A stretch of DNA of 64,000 nucleotides, taken from NCBI GenBank assembly GCA_013239625.1, contig MU053594.1:2112127-2176126 (forward strand), written 5' to 3'. This stretch comes from Lama guanicoe (lineage: Eukaryota). The translations under genes were made by a program, and so were the position numbers. Positions 12,898-26,260 of the stretch are shown piece after piece; positions within the stretch are counted from its first letter, which is position 1; every line of letters starts with the position of its first letter. The notes under the pieces were generated by a model. That model worked only from the letters and a program-made list of their open reading frames with translations, was not told the DNA's origin and did not search any database.

Positions 12898-13595
12898 ACT
12901 GAACACCTCTCTTAATATCTTCTAATAGGCAGTCTGAATTCAAATCTCCCCGGTTGGTTTATTTGAATCGGGATCCAAACATGGTGCACTTAAAAAAGAT
13001 TTTTTTTAATCTAGTTTAATTTTTTCAGTAATATATATCATTATATTCACTTTAGATGTGATGCTGAGGCTCAGGGGAAAATAACTTCTTCAAGTTACGC
13101 AGCTAATAAGCTGCGAAGTCAGTATTGGAAAGCAGATTTAAAAAAAAATTCTCAAACATGTGCTTTCTTCCGTCTCAGCGCATGCTCTCTCCACATCCCT
13201 TCTACACCTGTGCTCACCAGGTCATCTGACACATATTTACAGGTCTGAGGAGTCCCTCACCAGTTAAGCAGACAGCCCTACCTCCAGTGGCTTGCCAAAC
13301 CTTGTAGGTTATTCCTGCACATTCTTTTTCCTTTCACTCATTCCTTCATCCTTTGTGGTACACAGGACTGCAGAGGAGATGCTGTGTCACACGTAGGCCA
13401 CCTCTGACTTCATGGCCCAGTGCCTGGGGCCCTTCCATGTTCGCATAGCTTCTGGTTTCTGCACCTCTAGTCATGCCACCTTCTAATCTTTCTGACACAG
13501 CCAAAGAACTATACTTCAAGGCTCAGTGTGAAATGTAAGGCCTCTGCTCAAAGATCGTCTTCAAAAGATCATCCTCTTAATCTGGATTTGAAACC

Positions 13596-13606
13596 ATGAC
13601 TCAGCA
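13596..13606 (+). promoter_or_regulatory. ARE / CNC-sMaf motif
   Basis: ATGACTCAGCA, exact RTGACTCAGCA consensus. Motif match only. Confidence 0.4.
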
Positions 13607-14029
13607 TCACGAAGATGTACATTTTGTATTTCTGTGTTTTGTCTTTGGAGTCCTTTGACTCTGGATCAGTCCTCACCGCCATCCCCTCCCCTCCTTCCCC
13701 ATGCTACTGCGTGTTGAAGAAACTGGGTCGGCTGTCCTACAGAACTTCTGGATTTTCCCTTTGTTTCCTCATGATACTGTTTAACTTAGAAGATTCTTCT
13801 ATGTCATATTTCCTATAATTTGGAATTCAAGTATAAAGAATAGACTAGCTTCAGGTTTAATTTTTTTGGAGAGCAGCAAGAATATGTCATAGTTGCATCT
13901 ACTTGGAGAAATAGAACACATGGCTCTCCTGCTTTTAGGAGAGCTAAGAGTGATCAGTAAGTTGGGTGGGGGTTGGGGGGAGGTGATGGCTCAATCCTTC
14001 AATTAAAGATTCTCATCACTCTTCCTTCT

Positions 14030-14222
14030 AGCATCATGGCGCTCAAGCTCCAGGATACATCAGAACCGTGCGAGCTTCTCAAAACACATCACTGGGACCT
14101 ACCTCCAGAGTTTCTGATACAGTAGGTATTGGAAAGGGCACAAGAATTCATATACTTTTCAGAAGTATTCAGATAATGCTTAAGATATTGGAACAGGGGC
14201 CAGCCACACTTTGAGACCACAG
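14030..14222. mobile_element. MER5A-like hAT-Charlie DNA transposon relic
   Basis: CATCAGAA...CCTCCAGAGTTTCTGATACAGTAGGT...CACACTTTGAGACCAC. Confidence 0.65.
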
Positions 14223-15473
14223 CACATAATATTAATATTTAATGGAACCTGAATCAATTACTTCATTAGGAGTTGCAAAATAGTGATTTTCTAATTTTTT
14301 TTAATTCCTGCTATATTTATTAGATGAAATTCTTCTGCTATCATTTAGAGCTATTTAGTTATCCTGAAATACAACTAAAACACATCAAGAAATATTTCTT
14401 CCTCCTTAGCACCAATTTTCAGAGTAAGGGGCTGACACACCAGTTACTTCCAATGTTAACTATTAACTATTTGTGTTCACTTTTTGGCTTTCTTTCCCCC
14501 TGCCCCATATTTTATGATTCTCTAAAGGCATCATAATGACTGCATGAATTTTTATATATTCAACAGTTTCAGTCAATTATAATCATTACTCTTTTTGGTG
14601 CTCAAAATTTCCCATCTTTGACCAGTGGGAATCCCTTTATACTGTTTTTTGGGGTTTTTTTTAACATGACTACAGAAATAACACCTTTGTTGCTTTCTGG
14701 CATAATAAAAATGCTCATGCTAATCTTGAATTCTTCCTGCCTCCAATGAGGAATCAGTCATTTTTTTTCAGGAAGCCTTGGGTGTTTTCACTGGGGAGTG
14801 GTATCTGGGTGCTCGGGGTGCTTTTTACAACTGGGTTGGTGCCGCTTCTAAGCCTTTTCAGGGACAGAGCTAGGAAATAAGTACCTTTTCAAAAAGGAAA
14901 AATAAAAATGAATTCCTTCCATTTCAAATTTAACATTACAGGAGTTACTTTTCTTTGAGTTTTGTACTTGTATTTCTTTTTCTCTTACAGGAAAGATCCC
15001 AGTTCTTAACATTAACATAAATTACTTGTTTTATCCTACAATACACGTGAAATGGTTTCAAAATCGCTATACCAACACCACTACTGACAACGAAACTGCT
15101 GATGAAGTTGAAAAGTTAACATTTCTTTGCAGCTTTTTTTTATCTTGAGATTATTTTGTTTTAAAAATGTACAGTGTAAATACTACATTTTAAAGTTACT
15201 TGAAAAGTTCTCTCTTGTGTGTTGCCAGCGTGATATACAGTATGTTGATGTGTTTGTTTACAAATATTAGGGAGTATTTTTTTTTCTCCTATTGGATTTA
15301 ACTTTATTTTCTGACTATGTAACATATTTACCTGACGTTTAATTTGACACTGACATTAAAACTAAGTAATGAGATACAGTCTGAGAAATCTTGCTTCCAT
15401 CCCCACTCCCCTCCTCTGCCTATAGGTCACAGTTTCTATTAGTGTTTGGTTTACCCTTTCTGTGTTTCATCTT

Positions 15474-15570
15474 TGTGTGTGTGTGTGTGTGTGTGTGTAG
15501 GTAGTGGGGATTGAACCCAGGACCTTGTGCATGCTAAGCATGTGCTGTGCCACTGAGCTATACCCACCCC
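15474..15570 (-). mobile_element. tRNA-Ala-derived SINE, tRNA head only, with (CA)n tail
   Basis: Head with A and B boxes at 15499-15570, then a (TG) run at ~15475-15498 on the plus strand. 15-bp TSD TCTGTGTT[T/A]CATCTT at 15459-15473 and 15571-15585. Confidence 0.9.
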
Positions 15571-15704
15571 TCTGTGTTACATCTTATATGTAAAAATATG
15601 TATATATCGCTCACACAAAACAAATCCCTTTTTTTCCCCACTTCATAGCACTATATGGAAATCTTCCACATTTCTTTTACAGCATTGCAGATGCTTTTAG
15701 TATT

Positions 15705-15975
15705 TAATAGTATGGTGTTAAGAATGAAGGTTCAGGAGTCAGGCTGCCTGGGTTTAATTCTCTCTTTACAAACTTGCTAACTAGGCGACCTTGAGCAAAT
15801 TACTTAATCTCCCCAAATCTTCATTTGGCAATCCAAAAATGGGAATAAGAGAATCTACTTCACAAGGTTACGTGAAGAATAAATGAAAAAAAAAAAGCAA
15901 TTAAAAAAGAAAAAAGAAAACCTCTTCATGGTGCCTGACACACCTAAGTGCTCAAAAACGTTAGTGGCTGTTATT
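15705..15975 (+). mobile_element. MIR, near full length
   Basis: GGAGTCAGGCTGCCTGGGTTT...GACCTTGAGCAAATTACTTAATCTC...GTGCCTGACACA..TAAGTGCTCAA. Confidence 0.75.
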
Positions 15976-17569
15976 TCAACTATGATTGTTCTATTATTGC
16001 TGTTATTACATTATCAGGGGTTGACCCGGCCTGCCTTCCACCCTAACTACTGTCCACCCATTAGCCCCTTACGATATGGCTTGCTTCACACTCCAGCGAC
16101 ATTGCTTTAAAGTCACGGTCAGCTTCCCTAGACTAAAGCCACTGACCTCTTCTCAGCTCTCTTCTTTTGTGACCTTTCAATTATATTTTATACTTAACTG
16201 GTCTCCAAAATGAGCCTCTCTCCCTGTTGATTCTGTGTTTATCTGGCTTTCCTCCCATCTCTCTCACTAACTGGCTCTTCTTTTCTCTTCCAACCACATA
16301 AAACCACCATAGTGTTAGTTCTGGTCCTTTGCCTTTGTTTGTTTATAGTCCTCCCCTCACAGAACTAATCCAAACTACAACCTTCTTGGAGATGCCTTTT
16401 GATCTGCTTTATTCACAGCTGGGTGACATTAGTCCTCTTTCACGCCTCTTGTTTACTGCCCGTCTCAGGGGTACTTCCTGAGTCACTCTAGTCAAAAGAT
16501 GCCTCAACATCTGGCCTGGAACCTTCTGGTCACAGATTCTATTGAGAATCTATATGAAAATTATACTTCCATACAAACACACACATAAAATCTTATGTGC
16601 AATTTCAAGGGCGTCTAGAAAATCTCAGGTTTAATCAAGGTTAGGAAATTCTGCCTTGGGGGATTTCATTCACTGATTAGAACTTTTATAAAAATAACCC
16701 CCCAGATCTGCCAAGCACGTTTGACCTTTCAACAGTCACTCAGTTGTGTACCTGTATAGCTCTTCTTTCTGCTACTGCAGTGTTATCAAGACTGAGCTCA
16801 TCTTTCTTTTTATAAACTTCATTGCCACCTTCTAAGTCACCGTAACTATCATTTCACAGTCAACCTCAAAAATTCAAGAGTCATCTTCTACCATCCCCTA
16901 AACTAAGTACAGCTGAAACCCCAATAATTAGGCTTTGAGTTATACAGATTGAAGTTTTATAAGATATAATTAATCAATGTTTTCATCCTGTGCTTATAGA
17001 TTATAAGTCTACATTTCATAGCACAGTGCCTGACACAGAATAGATGCTCAGTAAATCCGAGCTGCTAACACTACCATCATTATCAACACCACCTCCACGT
17101 GGCAGCCTCGTCTTTCTCCAAGGATAAGGGGTAGCTTTCTCAGCATCTTCTCAAAGTGGGGAAACTCAGCCAGCTGAGTTTTCTTAAATTTTAGGAATGT
17201 CAGAATCTTTGAAAGACTACCTTTAAGCTTAATGATCTTCGGTCAGAAATTATCAGCATTCCTTAAAGCCGAAGCTGAGTAATAGTCCAAAAAGATTAAT
17301 AATTAATGCAATTAAATATTTAATGTTATGTTAAAAGGACTTAATTTGTAATTTCATCAATCTGTCATCTGGGAGTAAAGTAAAAAGGCTGATGCCAATT
17401 TAATATTTTATGCTTAAATGGCCTTTTATTTAAAAAAAAAACCCTCAGATAATTAAATCCTGGTCAGAGGTTCCTAACCCACAAATTTACAAAGACTTCA
17501 CATTTCTAATTACTAAATTTGAAAAGAGAGAGAGGTAGGAATATGACCACCATGAATCCTGAAGCTTCA

Positions 17570-17579
17570 ATTGCGCAAT
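17570..17579. promoter_or_regulatory. Perfect C/EBP palindrome
   Basis: ATTGCGCAAT with intact CpG. Motif match only. Confidence 0.4.
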
Positions 17580-18912
17580 CAAAACCGGTTTCATTTGTTC
17601 TCTTCAAAGTACTTTGAAAATCCATTATTTTCAATCTCCCCATATTCAAATCCCTATTCATCTTTTTCTCTAACGTTTCTTTCCTCTAATCAGTACCAAA
17701 TGCTACTGTAAAACAGAATTTGTCAACTGTAGAATGGGACTGGCCTTTCTCAATCTAGATCGTGCCAGTTCTAACCAATTACTCTTGGATGAAATATAAC
17801 CAAGAAAGGAAGGTCCATTAAATAAAAACTTGAAAAAGTTTTTAGCACATTAATATATATACCACCTAACACTGAAAACACTAATAGAAATCGAATTAGG
17901 TGTATGATCTGTATTGAATTAGGGTAACACAGGTTACCCTAATTTAAAATATTGCATTATAATATTACTTATAATATTAAATTACACTAAGCTTTTAACC
18001 GAGAGACACACTTATGCATACGAAACTACAGATTTTAAAACATTTTGGTTTTTTTCTGTTTGTTTTTGTAAGTAAGAGTCATTTCAAATTGGGTGTTTGT
18101 CAAAAATTAAAGGGAGTTCTAGCTTGTGGTTTACTCTGGCAACTTAATTGTGCTTTCAGCAATTTCCCTACATTAGACTGTTCGCATCTGTTAGATTCTG
18201 CATCAGTTCTACAGGCTACGTGGAACCACTGAAATAAACCCTAGTCTTCTGGAAGATGAGTGTTCAGTTACACAGTTGACAGTTTTGAAGATTATTTACA
18301 ATCAACTTCTGTGACTATATGCTCAAGTTTTCAGCAACAATTAAAAGCAAATATAGTCAAATTTTCCTACTATTATTTATACATGCCACATAGAAGCCAC
18401 GAGATTGCAGTATCTGATTACAGTAATGAACAGGAACAAAGAGCTGACTTCAAAATATTGTCATATCTTTAAAAAACACATAAATAAAATAAATTTCTGA
18501 TTTCTTTGTTCCTAGGGAGATTTTAAAATAGCAGAAAAAGTTGCAGAGTCAGACAAGCCTGATTCTGAATGCTGTTTCTACTTCTCACTGCTGTGTGACC
18601 TTGGACAAGTTATTCACGCCTCTGTCTGCCCCAGTTCCTCAATAATAAACCTCAAATTTTGTTATTTGTGGGCGGGTCCTACCTTAACTGCGCCACACTT
18701 CATGGCAAAGAAACTTTTTGGAGAATGTTATTTCCACATCTATCCTATTGCCTTCTGTCTAACACAGCAATTTCTTTATCCTTTGGCATAAAAATATGCT
18801 GCCTGCAGCATCTAATAAGAGTCTAGGAGTTACAACACGAAATATACATTAAAAAAGAATTCACATTTCCAACTCAAATATTTAATAGGGCAAATCAAGA
18901 ATGAAGGCTTGG

Positions 18913-19437
18913 CATGGAAACAACCTAAATGTCCATTGACAGATGACTAGATAAAGAAGTTGTGGTACATATACACAATAAAATATTACTCAGCCATGAA
19001 AAAGAATAAAATAATGCCATTTGCAGCAACATAGATGGACCTGAAGATGGTCATTCTAAGTAAGCCAGAAAGAGAAAGAAAAATACCATATGGTATCACC
19101 TATATTTGGAATCTAAAAAAAAGGGCATGAACTTATTTACAAAACAGAGACAGACTCATAGACAAAGAAAACAAACTTATGGTTACCAGGGAGGAAGGCG
19201 GTGTGGAGGGATAAATTGGGATCTTGGGATTTGCAGATACAAACTACTATATATAAAATAGATAAACACCAAGGTCCTATTGTACAGCACAGGGAACTAT
19301 ATTCAGTATCTTGTAATAGCCTATAATGAAAAAGAACATGGAAATGAATATACATATGTATAACTGAATATATATAACTATGCTGTACACCAGAAATTAA
19401 CACAAATTTGTAAATAAACTATACCACAAGAAAAAAA
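18913..19437 (+). mobile_element. 5'-truncated L1 (ORF2 C-terminus plus 3'UTR), artiodactyl-type
   Basis: GGAAACAACCTAAATGTCCATTGACAGATG...CCATTTGCAGCAACATAGATGGACCT...GCACAGGGAACTATATTCAGTATCTTG, then A tail. Confidence 0.9.
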
Positions 19438-19749
19438 GGAAGAAGGAATGTAAAACATGAAAAAAGACTTGGAAAAAATTTTTGAAAGTACAAAACCCAT
19501 GATTTTTGGCCCAGTTTCCATATGTATGTACAGATCTTAAAAGCAGACACACACACATCTCAGTTATGAATCAGAATAAATTCAGTTACAAAAGCAACAA
19601 TAAGCCCCGTAGCCATATGATGACTTGGGTCCTCAACTCCACTGATTCTTTTCAGGTGAATCTCAAAACACAATGCCTCCTCTCTCATGGAATCAAATTA
19701 AGGACGAAAGTTAAACTTTATTCTGAGTTTCAAGCACAAGAGTCATCTG

Positions 19750-20225
19750 TTTGTTCATTCATTCAACAAAGACTTCAGTGACTTCTTTGTGTCAGCTGCT
19801 ACGCTCTCATGAAACTTCTTTTTGGGTGGAGGAAAAAATAAATAAATAAGTAGACAAATAAAAATTATAATTATAGAGTGTAATAAGTGCCAGGGAACTA
19901 GGGTGATTGTCTGGAGAGCATCTGGGGGAGGCCCCTTTATATAGGGTGATCGGGAGAAGCCATAATGAGACGGTATTATTTCTAGTGGGGAGAGAAGCAT
20001 TCAAGGAATGGATGCAGCACTCACGAATCCCAGGAGGAACCAATGAGGCTACAGCCTAAGGGGCAAGGGGGAGGGGAAGGCATGTGAAGAAACTGAAAAA
20101 GTGGACGTCAAACTCAGCAAGAATTTAGAAGCCTAAGGAGGGAGCCTGCAAACTTAAAATATTGGGAAACTATCAGATGGTTTTAAGTAGGTGAGAGACC
20201 CGGTCTAATTTACACTTTAAACGCA
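19750..20225 (-). mobile_element. L2 fragment
   Basis: Begins TTCATTCATTCAACAAA (L2 3' end reversed) and ends ...GGTTTTAAGTAGG..TAATTTACACTTTAA. Confidence 0.55.
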
Positions 20226-21639
20226 CTTAAAAATAATCTAAAGCTGTGAACTCTATGTTAATAAGGTATACAGTTCTATCAAGGAAAAATTCAAACAAAA
20301 AACTTAAGTACCCCTATGGGGAATGGTCCTGAGAGCCAGAAGGAAACAAAATTCAGTCCCTGTGCAAACAAATGATAATACACATGAGAAAAGAAGGTTA
20401 AATAGTAAAAACTTTCATCAGCCCTTCAAGATAACAGAAGAGGTGTCATGAGGTAATACTGGTTTACAGACAGAAGATGAGATACTGTCTGAAACATCAT
20501 AAACTCTCTTAATATAATTCCAGAGCAATAGCTGGGTTTCTTACTGAATTTGACATACGCGGTAACATTTCATTAACTGTACCAGACCTGTTTTTAAGGC
20601 AGTAATCTTTTAAAAATATATGTCAACCGACTAGCCTAAGAAAGTGCCCAGAGTCGTATTTAATACTACCAGATAACGATGTCATCTCAATGGAATGAAA
20701 CATTCCAGACAATTCCCTAAATAGGTATCTTCATCCCACCTATTTTTATCATCTCTACAGGACCTCAAAGTCTGCTGTGAACTATTTCTGTGTAATGAAT
20801 ATGACTGGACTGGTAAATGAGTCACCAAGCTGAACTACTGATGTTGTGTGCTATTTACTCAATTTATGGTAGTGTTATAATAATATTTATAAATGCAATC
20901 TGGTCACACTTCTAACACATTCTTTACACAGATAAATACATCCAGATAGCTATTTTGATATGCAATTATTGGAAAGAAATATGGCCCAAAGGACAGGCTG
21001 TGGTTTACTGAACCATGCAATTTTTAGGAATTAGGATTCAAATGCCAAACTTAAAGAATAAGATGCTGATGAAGTAGGAAGAAAATCTGTTAATTTTAAT
21101 ATTTTTGTGTCTGTCTATATATACTCAAAAGATACGTTTTTTAGCAAATACTTGAGATCTAAGATATTGTTAGCATTCACTCATAAGTCAAAGAGCAAAC
21201 GTATTTCTTTTATTTTTTTCATTGAGTTCTTCAGGTGAGTTTAGAATAGAAAACAATGAAGACAGGTTGGTCTGTTTCATTCAGAAATGTGCACAGAGAA
21301 CTCAAGGGTGTAGATTAAGCTGTGCTGAGTAGCAACAATTTTTCAGCGAAGCTCTTAAAATAAACAGCAAAGCAAGTTTCTAGGGTAAACAAGTTCAGGG
21401 AAGGGAAGCCGTGAGCTCATCATCCAGGGGCTTGACTGTAACGCATGTTTCCTGGGGTCCTACACCGGCAAGTAATAACAACATGGTGAAGTCACTGGAG
21501 TCAGAGAGGAGAAAGGGCAACAGTGAAAGAGAGGGGCTAGCTGGGAAAAACAAGACCTGAGCTACATGCTCAACTATTCAGAAATCAAAGGGGACAGTTA
21601 ATTCAGCAGCAAACTGGCATTACAAGGTTGGAATGCTTC

Positions 21640-21995
21640 TGTGGTAGATTTCTGTCCCCATTTCTTCTCTCTGTCCCTGCAAGAGGATTCCACATCCATA
21701 CCTTCTGTTGTGACTTCACCGTGCCTCCCAGTAGGACAGATGGTACCCATCACTGCCCTGCTGCTTTTGGTCTTGATCACGGGGAACGTGTGTGGTTTGA
21801 CCTGACCCTTGTGTTTCTACCGAGCGCCATGGGAGGAGCATCCTTCAGGCTGAGAGACACGTGGAGTAGATCTGAACCCAACCTACAGACTGAAAATAAA
21901 GCCACCCCCACTGACCCACAGAAAAAAAATCTTTTTTTATGTAAATGTAAATTGTGGAGATATATAACATTATCACAACAGAAATATGACTGATA
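21640..21995 (+). mobile_element. MLT1-type MaLR solo LTR
   Basis: TGTGGTAGAT start, TGTGACTT..CCTCCCA internal motif, ...ACAGAAATATGACTGATA end. Confidence 0.5.
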
Positions 21996-24900
21996 AGATT
22001 TCCAACTTTAGAAAAGAGGTTTGCTCAGCTATAAAATGACCTACAATTGCACAAAGAAATCTTCTGAACATTTTTGCCATACAATTTATGTAATATTTTG
22101 TTTCTTATCATATGTACTCTTGTGTTATTTTTACACATTTGGATGACTTTTTAAGACATCAAAACCAAACGGATGGCCTTGAAGAACAACTGGTTGGAAA
22201 CTGCTCACGTAGACTGTATTACTTATTGGCTCTATTATCTAAGATGATATAAAAAAGACTAGCCTGGTTCCCTCCCAGAAGGTCACTTGATCACTTTTTC
22301 CAAGCCAGTTTGCCCACTATTAGCACCAGGACTTAGCCACTGCCTCCTATTTCCAGGTTCAGTGCTGGGTAAGGGGAACAATTGATAAGGCATGGTTCTG
22401 AAGAACCAATTAGGATTCAATTCCAAAGGAAGATAAAATAGACAGAGGGGTTAGTGATGGCTACTCCCAAGCCAGGAAGTAACTTAACACAGCTCCAAAA
22501 CAACACAGACTGACGCTGAAAACACTGGGCTCCATTCTCAACTCCTCCTCAAATCACTTCACCTTTCTAGGCCTCAGGTTCTAAATATACTTACTACACT
22601 TACAATTTCTAAGGTTGATTTTTAATTCAATATTAATGCTTCCATGGATATCAGCTTTTGTGTAAAAATGTGACTTCACATTGCCCCTTAGCTTATTAAA
22701 ATTGTTTTTATTGTGGTAAAATACACATAACATAAAATTTACCACCAACCACTTTAAAGTGTACAGTTTCCCCATGGCTTATTTTTCTCTCACCTCTTTC
22801 CCTGTAATCTGTGGGACAAAAATCCCTAGGGCGCTTATTTTAGGACTGGAGAGGAGTTAGACATATTGGCGTGCAGCTGTAAAATTATTGCTCAATCAGC
22901 AGCTGACACTGTAAGGACAGGATCCCAGATGGAAATGACCGCTAGAAAACAGATCAAAGCCCAGAAGCTCATGCAAAGACAAAGGTAAACGGTTCTCGTC
23001 TGGGCAGTGTTCACGGCTCGAACACAGGTAGGCAAGCCTGTATCTCTACCTCTGGCAGCTTCAGATAACAAGATGTGACATTCCAGAAAGCCAGCGGTAG
23101 TGCACCAAGGGAGAGTACCGAGGATGGCAGAAATATAACCGAGGTCTCTAATCATGTAGGTAATTATTGTTCTTTGCAACAATAGAAAATAAACTGTAAA
23201 TGCTTATGAAGGGTCTAAGACCTTAGTGGCGATGATCCTGAATAACAGAGGAACAGGCATAGTCTTGAGTAGACTTTTCGCCTGTGGCCCTTGAAAGATG
23301 AATATTCGACAAAGGACATAACTTCATAGAGTTGAGTGTGCAGATTCAACTCTCACATTGAATGATGTCTCCAAGTGGTTTCAGTGGCTGGCCTTGTGTT
23401 ACAGCTGTGGTTGATCAGAAAAGAGATTAGCACGGGTTTCTAATCGTTACTGTTAGGAAAACCAGACACACTGTTACCACGTACTGCTGACACACGAAGG
23501 TTTAAAATAAAGCACTGTGAGATACAATTTCGTACCTTTCTCACTAATCCCTAAATTCTACTAAAGCCAGAGTTTAAACTAATAGTGGCCTGATCTACAG
23601 TGTTTGGAAAGTGTCTGCATCCTTCTCAAAGCTCCATCTCCACCGAAGTTAGAATATGACTCTTTGATATGAGAAACACTAAAAGGCCTTTGTATCTTCT
23701 CATAGGTGTTGTTGTCCATAGATTCCAGGGCAAGAGCTTTCTGACTACCTTGTTGCTGGCAGTTTCTCAACAGCCTCTGACCTAACTTTCTAAACAATCT
23801 TTTCTAGCCTCTTGTTTCTTCCTCTTTGAGCAAAGGTAAAAAAAATTAATGGTAAATCCATTTTGCTTTCTAGGAATCTGTTAGGACATGCTAATTCTAA
23901 TCACGGTTCAACCAGCCAATTATTAGAAGGATGCTAACGATAAAAAAAAATTAGTGGATTCCTTTATAATTTTGATTGTGCACTTAAAACACTGCCACTC
24001 TAATGGTCACTCAACATTCTAGGTATAACTCAAAGAATATTCCATTGGAATGTAACATATCCCATAATACAAGAGGCTTTTACAGATGTGTACCTCTAAG
24101 AGGAGCTGAAAGCTAAAAAGCCTTGGGGGATATTCTGAGCTTGCACTGTTTTTAAAGTCCATCATGTGCTAGTATTACCAACAGTTCAAACAGAATACCT
24201 TATGTACTATTCAAATACTTGTGAACCATTAAGCTTTTGTATAAATAAGGATGTCTATTAGCCAAACAAATGGAAAAAGCCAGTGAGATCTGTCCGTGAC
24301 CTTGGATTTGATCCTTTGACATCTACAGGATTGAGCAATCAGTGCCAGCATGGATTTATCATTCACATGCAGTGGGTTTCTGGCTTTATGTTTCCTAAAG
24401 AAAATTTCATCATGCAGATAAATGACAAAGACTTAATTCACAGCCTTTTGAACTACTATAATCAGGTTGTAGTTTGTGCCATGAATGGAATGAAGCTTTA
24501 TCAAATATGGGCACCCCCATAACTTACACATAAAAGGTAGAAAAGATGCTTTGGGAACTGAGAACATGAAGTAGGCTTTGGAAATGTTGTCTATAGTCAG
24601 TAAGAAAGGGATAGTCAAGATCAGAGAGGATGGTAGGGTAAGGAAATGATACATTCAAAAGGCAAACCAAAGCTGAGGTCTAATGACCGGAAAGTCATCA
24701 TGGCTGGGTAAATCACCAAAGCCGGAATACCAGAAAATAATTAATATCTTAACTGCTGGTCTACTAAGAAGTTTTCCAACTCAGCTTATTAGGGATTTTT
24801 GTGGAAGTACATTTCTAATTTTATACACAAGTCAAAATGAGAAGAGGTTTTCTTTATAATCATTTTGATGAAACATAGCAATTCCATAAAGATAGGGTAT

Positions 24901-25189
24901 CTCAAAACAGAATTATTCACAGCAACTATTCTTCTGAGGACTGCCACATCCTAGAGGCAGGGAGATTCTGAGAGAAATAAATGTACATATACAAATGTAC
25001 TCTCCCCCTCCCACCTCTCCAAACTCCTACCAGTTTAATTCTATTCCAGTCCTACCTGGAAGCAGAGAGAAAAGGACCACGTTATGCGAGTCATAATAAA
25101 AGAGTTAGCTGTAATTCTTGTTCCTTTCAAATTTTGTTTACATATTTCCTTCCTGATTTACCTATCAACGATTCATTCCTTCACTAACA

Positions 25190-26260
25190 AAATACAGGGC
25201 ACCCTGATCTCTAGCCTCACTGCTAACTGCCGACTCACCAACTCCACATGGAAAAGTAAATATGCATCCCATATGGGTCATTTCTCCTAAGCCTACACCT
25301 TTCCCAGTCTTCTCAACTCAGGAACAGGCCTAGAACGCTCATCTTAGAGTTAATCTTAAGACCCTCTTCTCTCTCCACATACACTCCATTAGCAAATCCT
25401 GTCAACTCCAACTTTAATGTATGTCTAAAATCCTACCATGTTTCTTTATCTCCATCATTTCTCCTCTAGTCCAAGCCGCCACTGCCCCTTGCCTGGACTA
25501 CTTCAGTAGCTTCTTACCTGGTTTTCCTACTTCTGTCCTTGACTCCCTGTCTTCTATTCTTGACAGAGTGATCTTTAGAAATATTTTTTGATATATCATG
25601 TCAGTTCTCTGCCTAAAATCCAACAACGGCTTACTCACAGTAAAAGCCAAAGTGCTGACCATGGCCAAACATGATCCTAAATGACCAGAAGTGGAATACA
25701 TCTTTGATTTAGTAAAAAAATAGCTGACTCAAAAATTATGCGATATAATGAAGTATGACTGGTCATCGCTTAGCCCTAAGCTGTATACTCAAAACTGTCA
25801 ATGCTCTCAAAACCAAGGCCTCATCTCTGACCCAGAATTATGTTCACAAGTTTGTATAGACACATGTGTAAGTATGCTCAGTGCAACATTATTTGAAATG
25901 GCCAAAACCAAGCAACAACCTAAACATTCATTAACAGAGGAATGGTTAAATAATTAATGGCATATAATCATACTGCAGAATACTATGAAGATGTTAAAAA
26001 ATGTGATGCATCTTTATGTATTTACATGGAAGGATTTCTCTCTCTCTCTCTCTCACCATTGCTCCCCCTCCTTTAGTAATTCCAAACTGAGCGCAGTTCC
26101 CCACATTTATTCACTCTTGCACAGGGTGTCACCTCTGAATCTCTCTACCCTCATCACTGGGCTGATTCCTATCCATCCTTCAAGGTTCAAATCAGAACCT
26201 CCATTAGGAAGCATTTCCTGACTCTGGCTGGCTAGGACCAGTGTTCAATGTCTGTTTGCC
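25190..26260 (+). mobile_element. L2 relic with an inserted L1ME-like fragment (~25780-26035)
   Basis: AGCAAATCCTGTCAACTC...CTAGTCCAAGCC...GCCTGGACTAC (L2). GCAACATTATTTGAAATGGCCAAAA...CAACCTAAA...GAATGGTTAAATAA (L1). Confidence 0.6.

Larger units (their letters stand above)
12640..15460 (-). mobile_element. Fragmented old L1 3' region (L1MC-like), interrupted by SINE, MIR and MER5 insertions and unique sequence
   Basis: Blocks at ~12640-12990 and ~13620-15460 resemble recalled L1MC motifs (GGAATCAGTCATTTT, GGGACAGAGCTAGGAAATA). Edges approximate. Confidence 0.6.

Noticed and set aside
24283..24522. ORF ending MKLYQIW, reminiscent of the SIK2 IIKLYQV motif
   Set aside because: Wrong strand, only four matching residues, no other kinase similarity or splice context.
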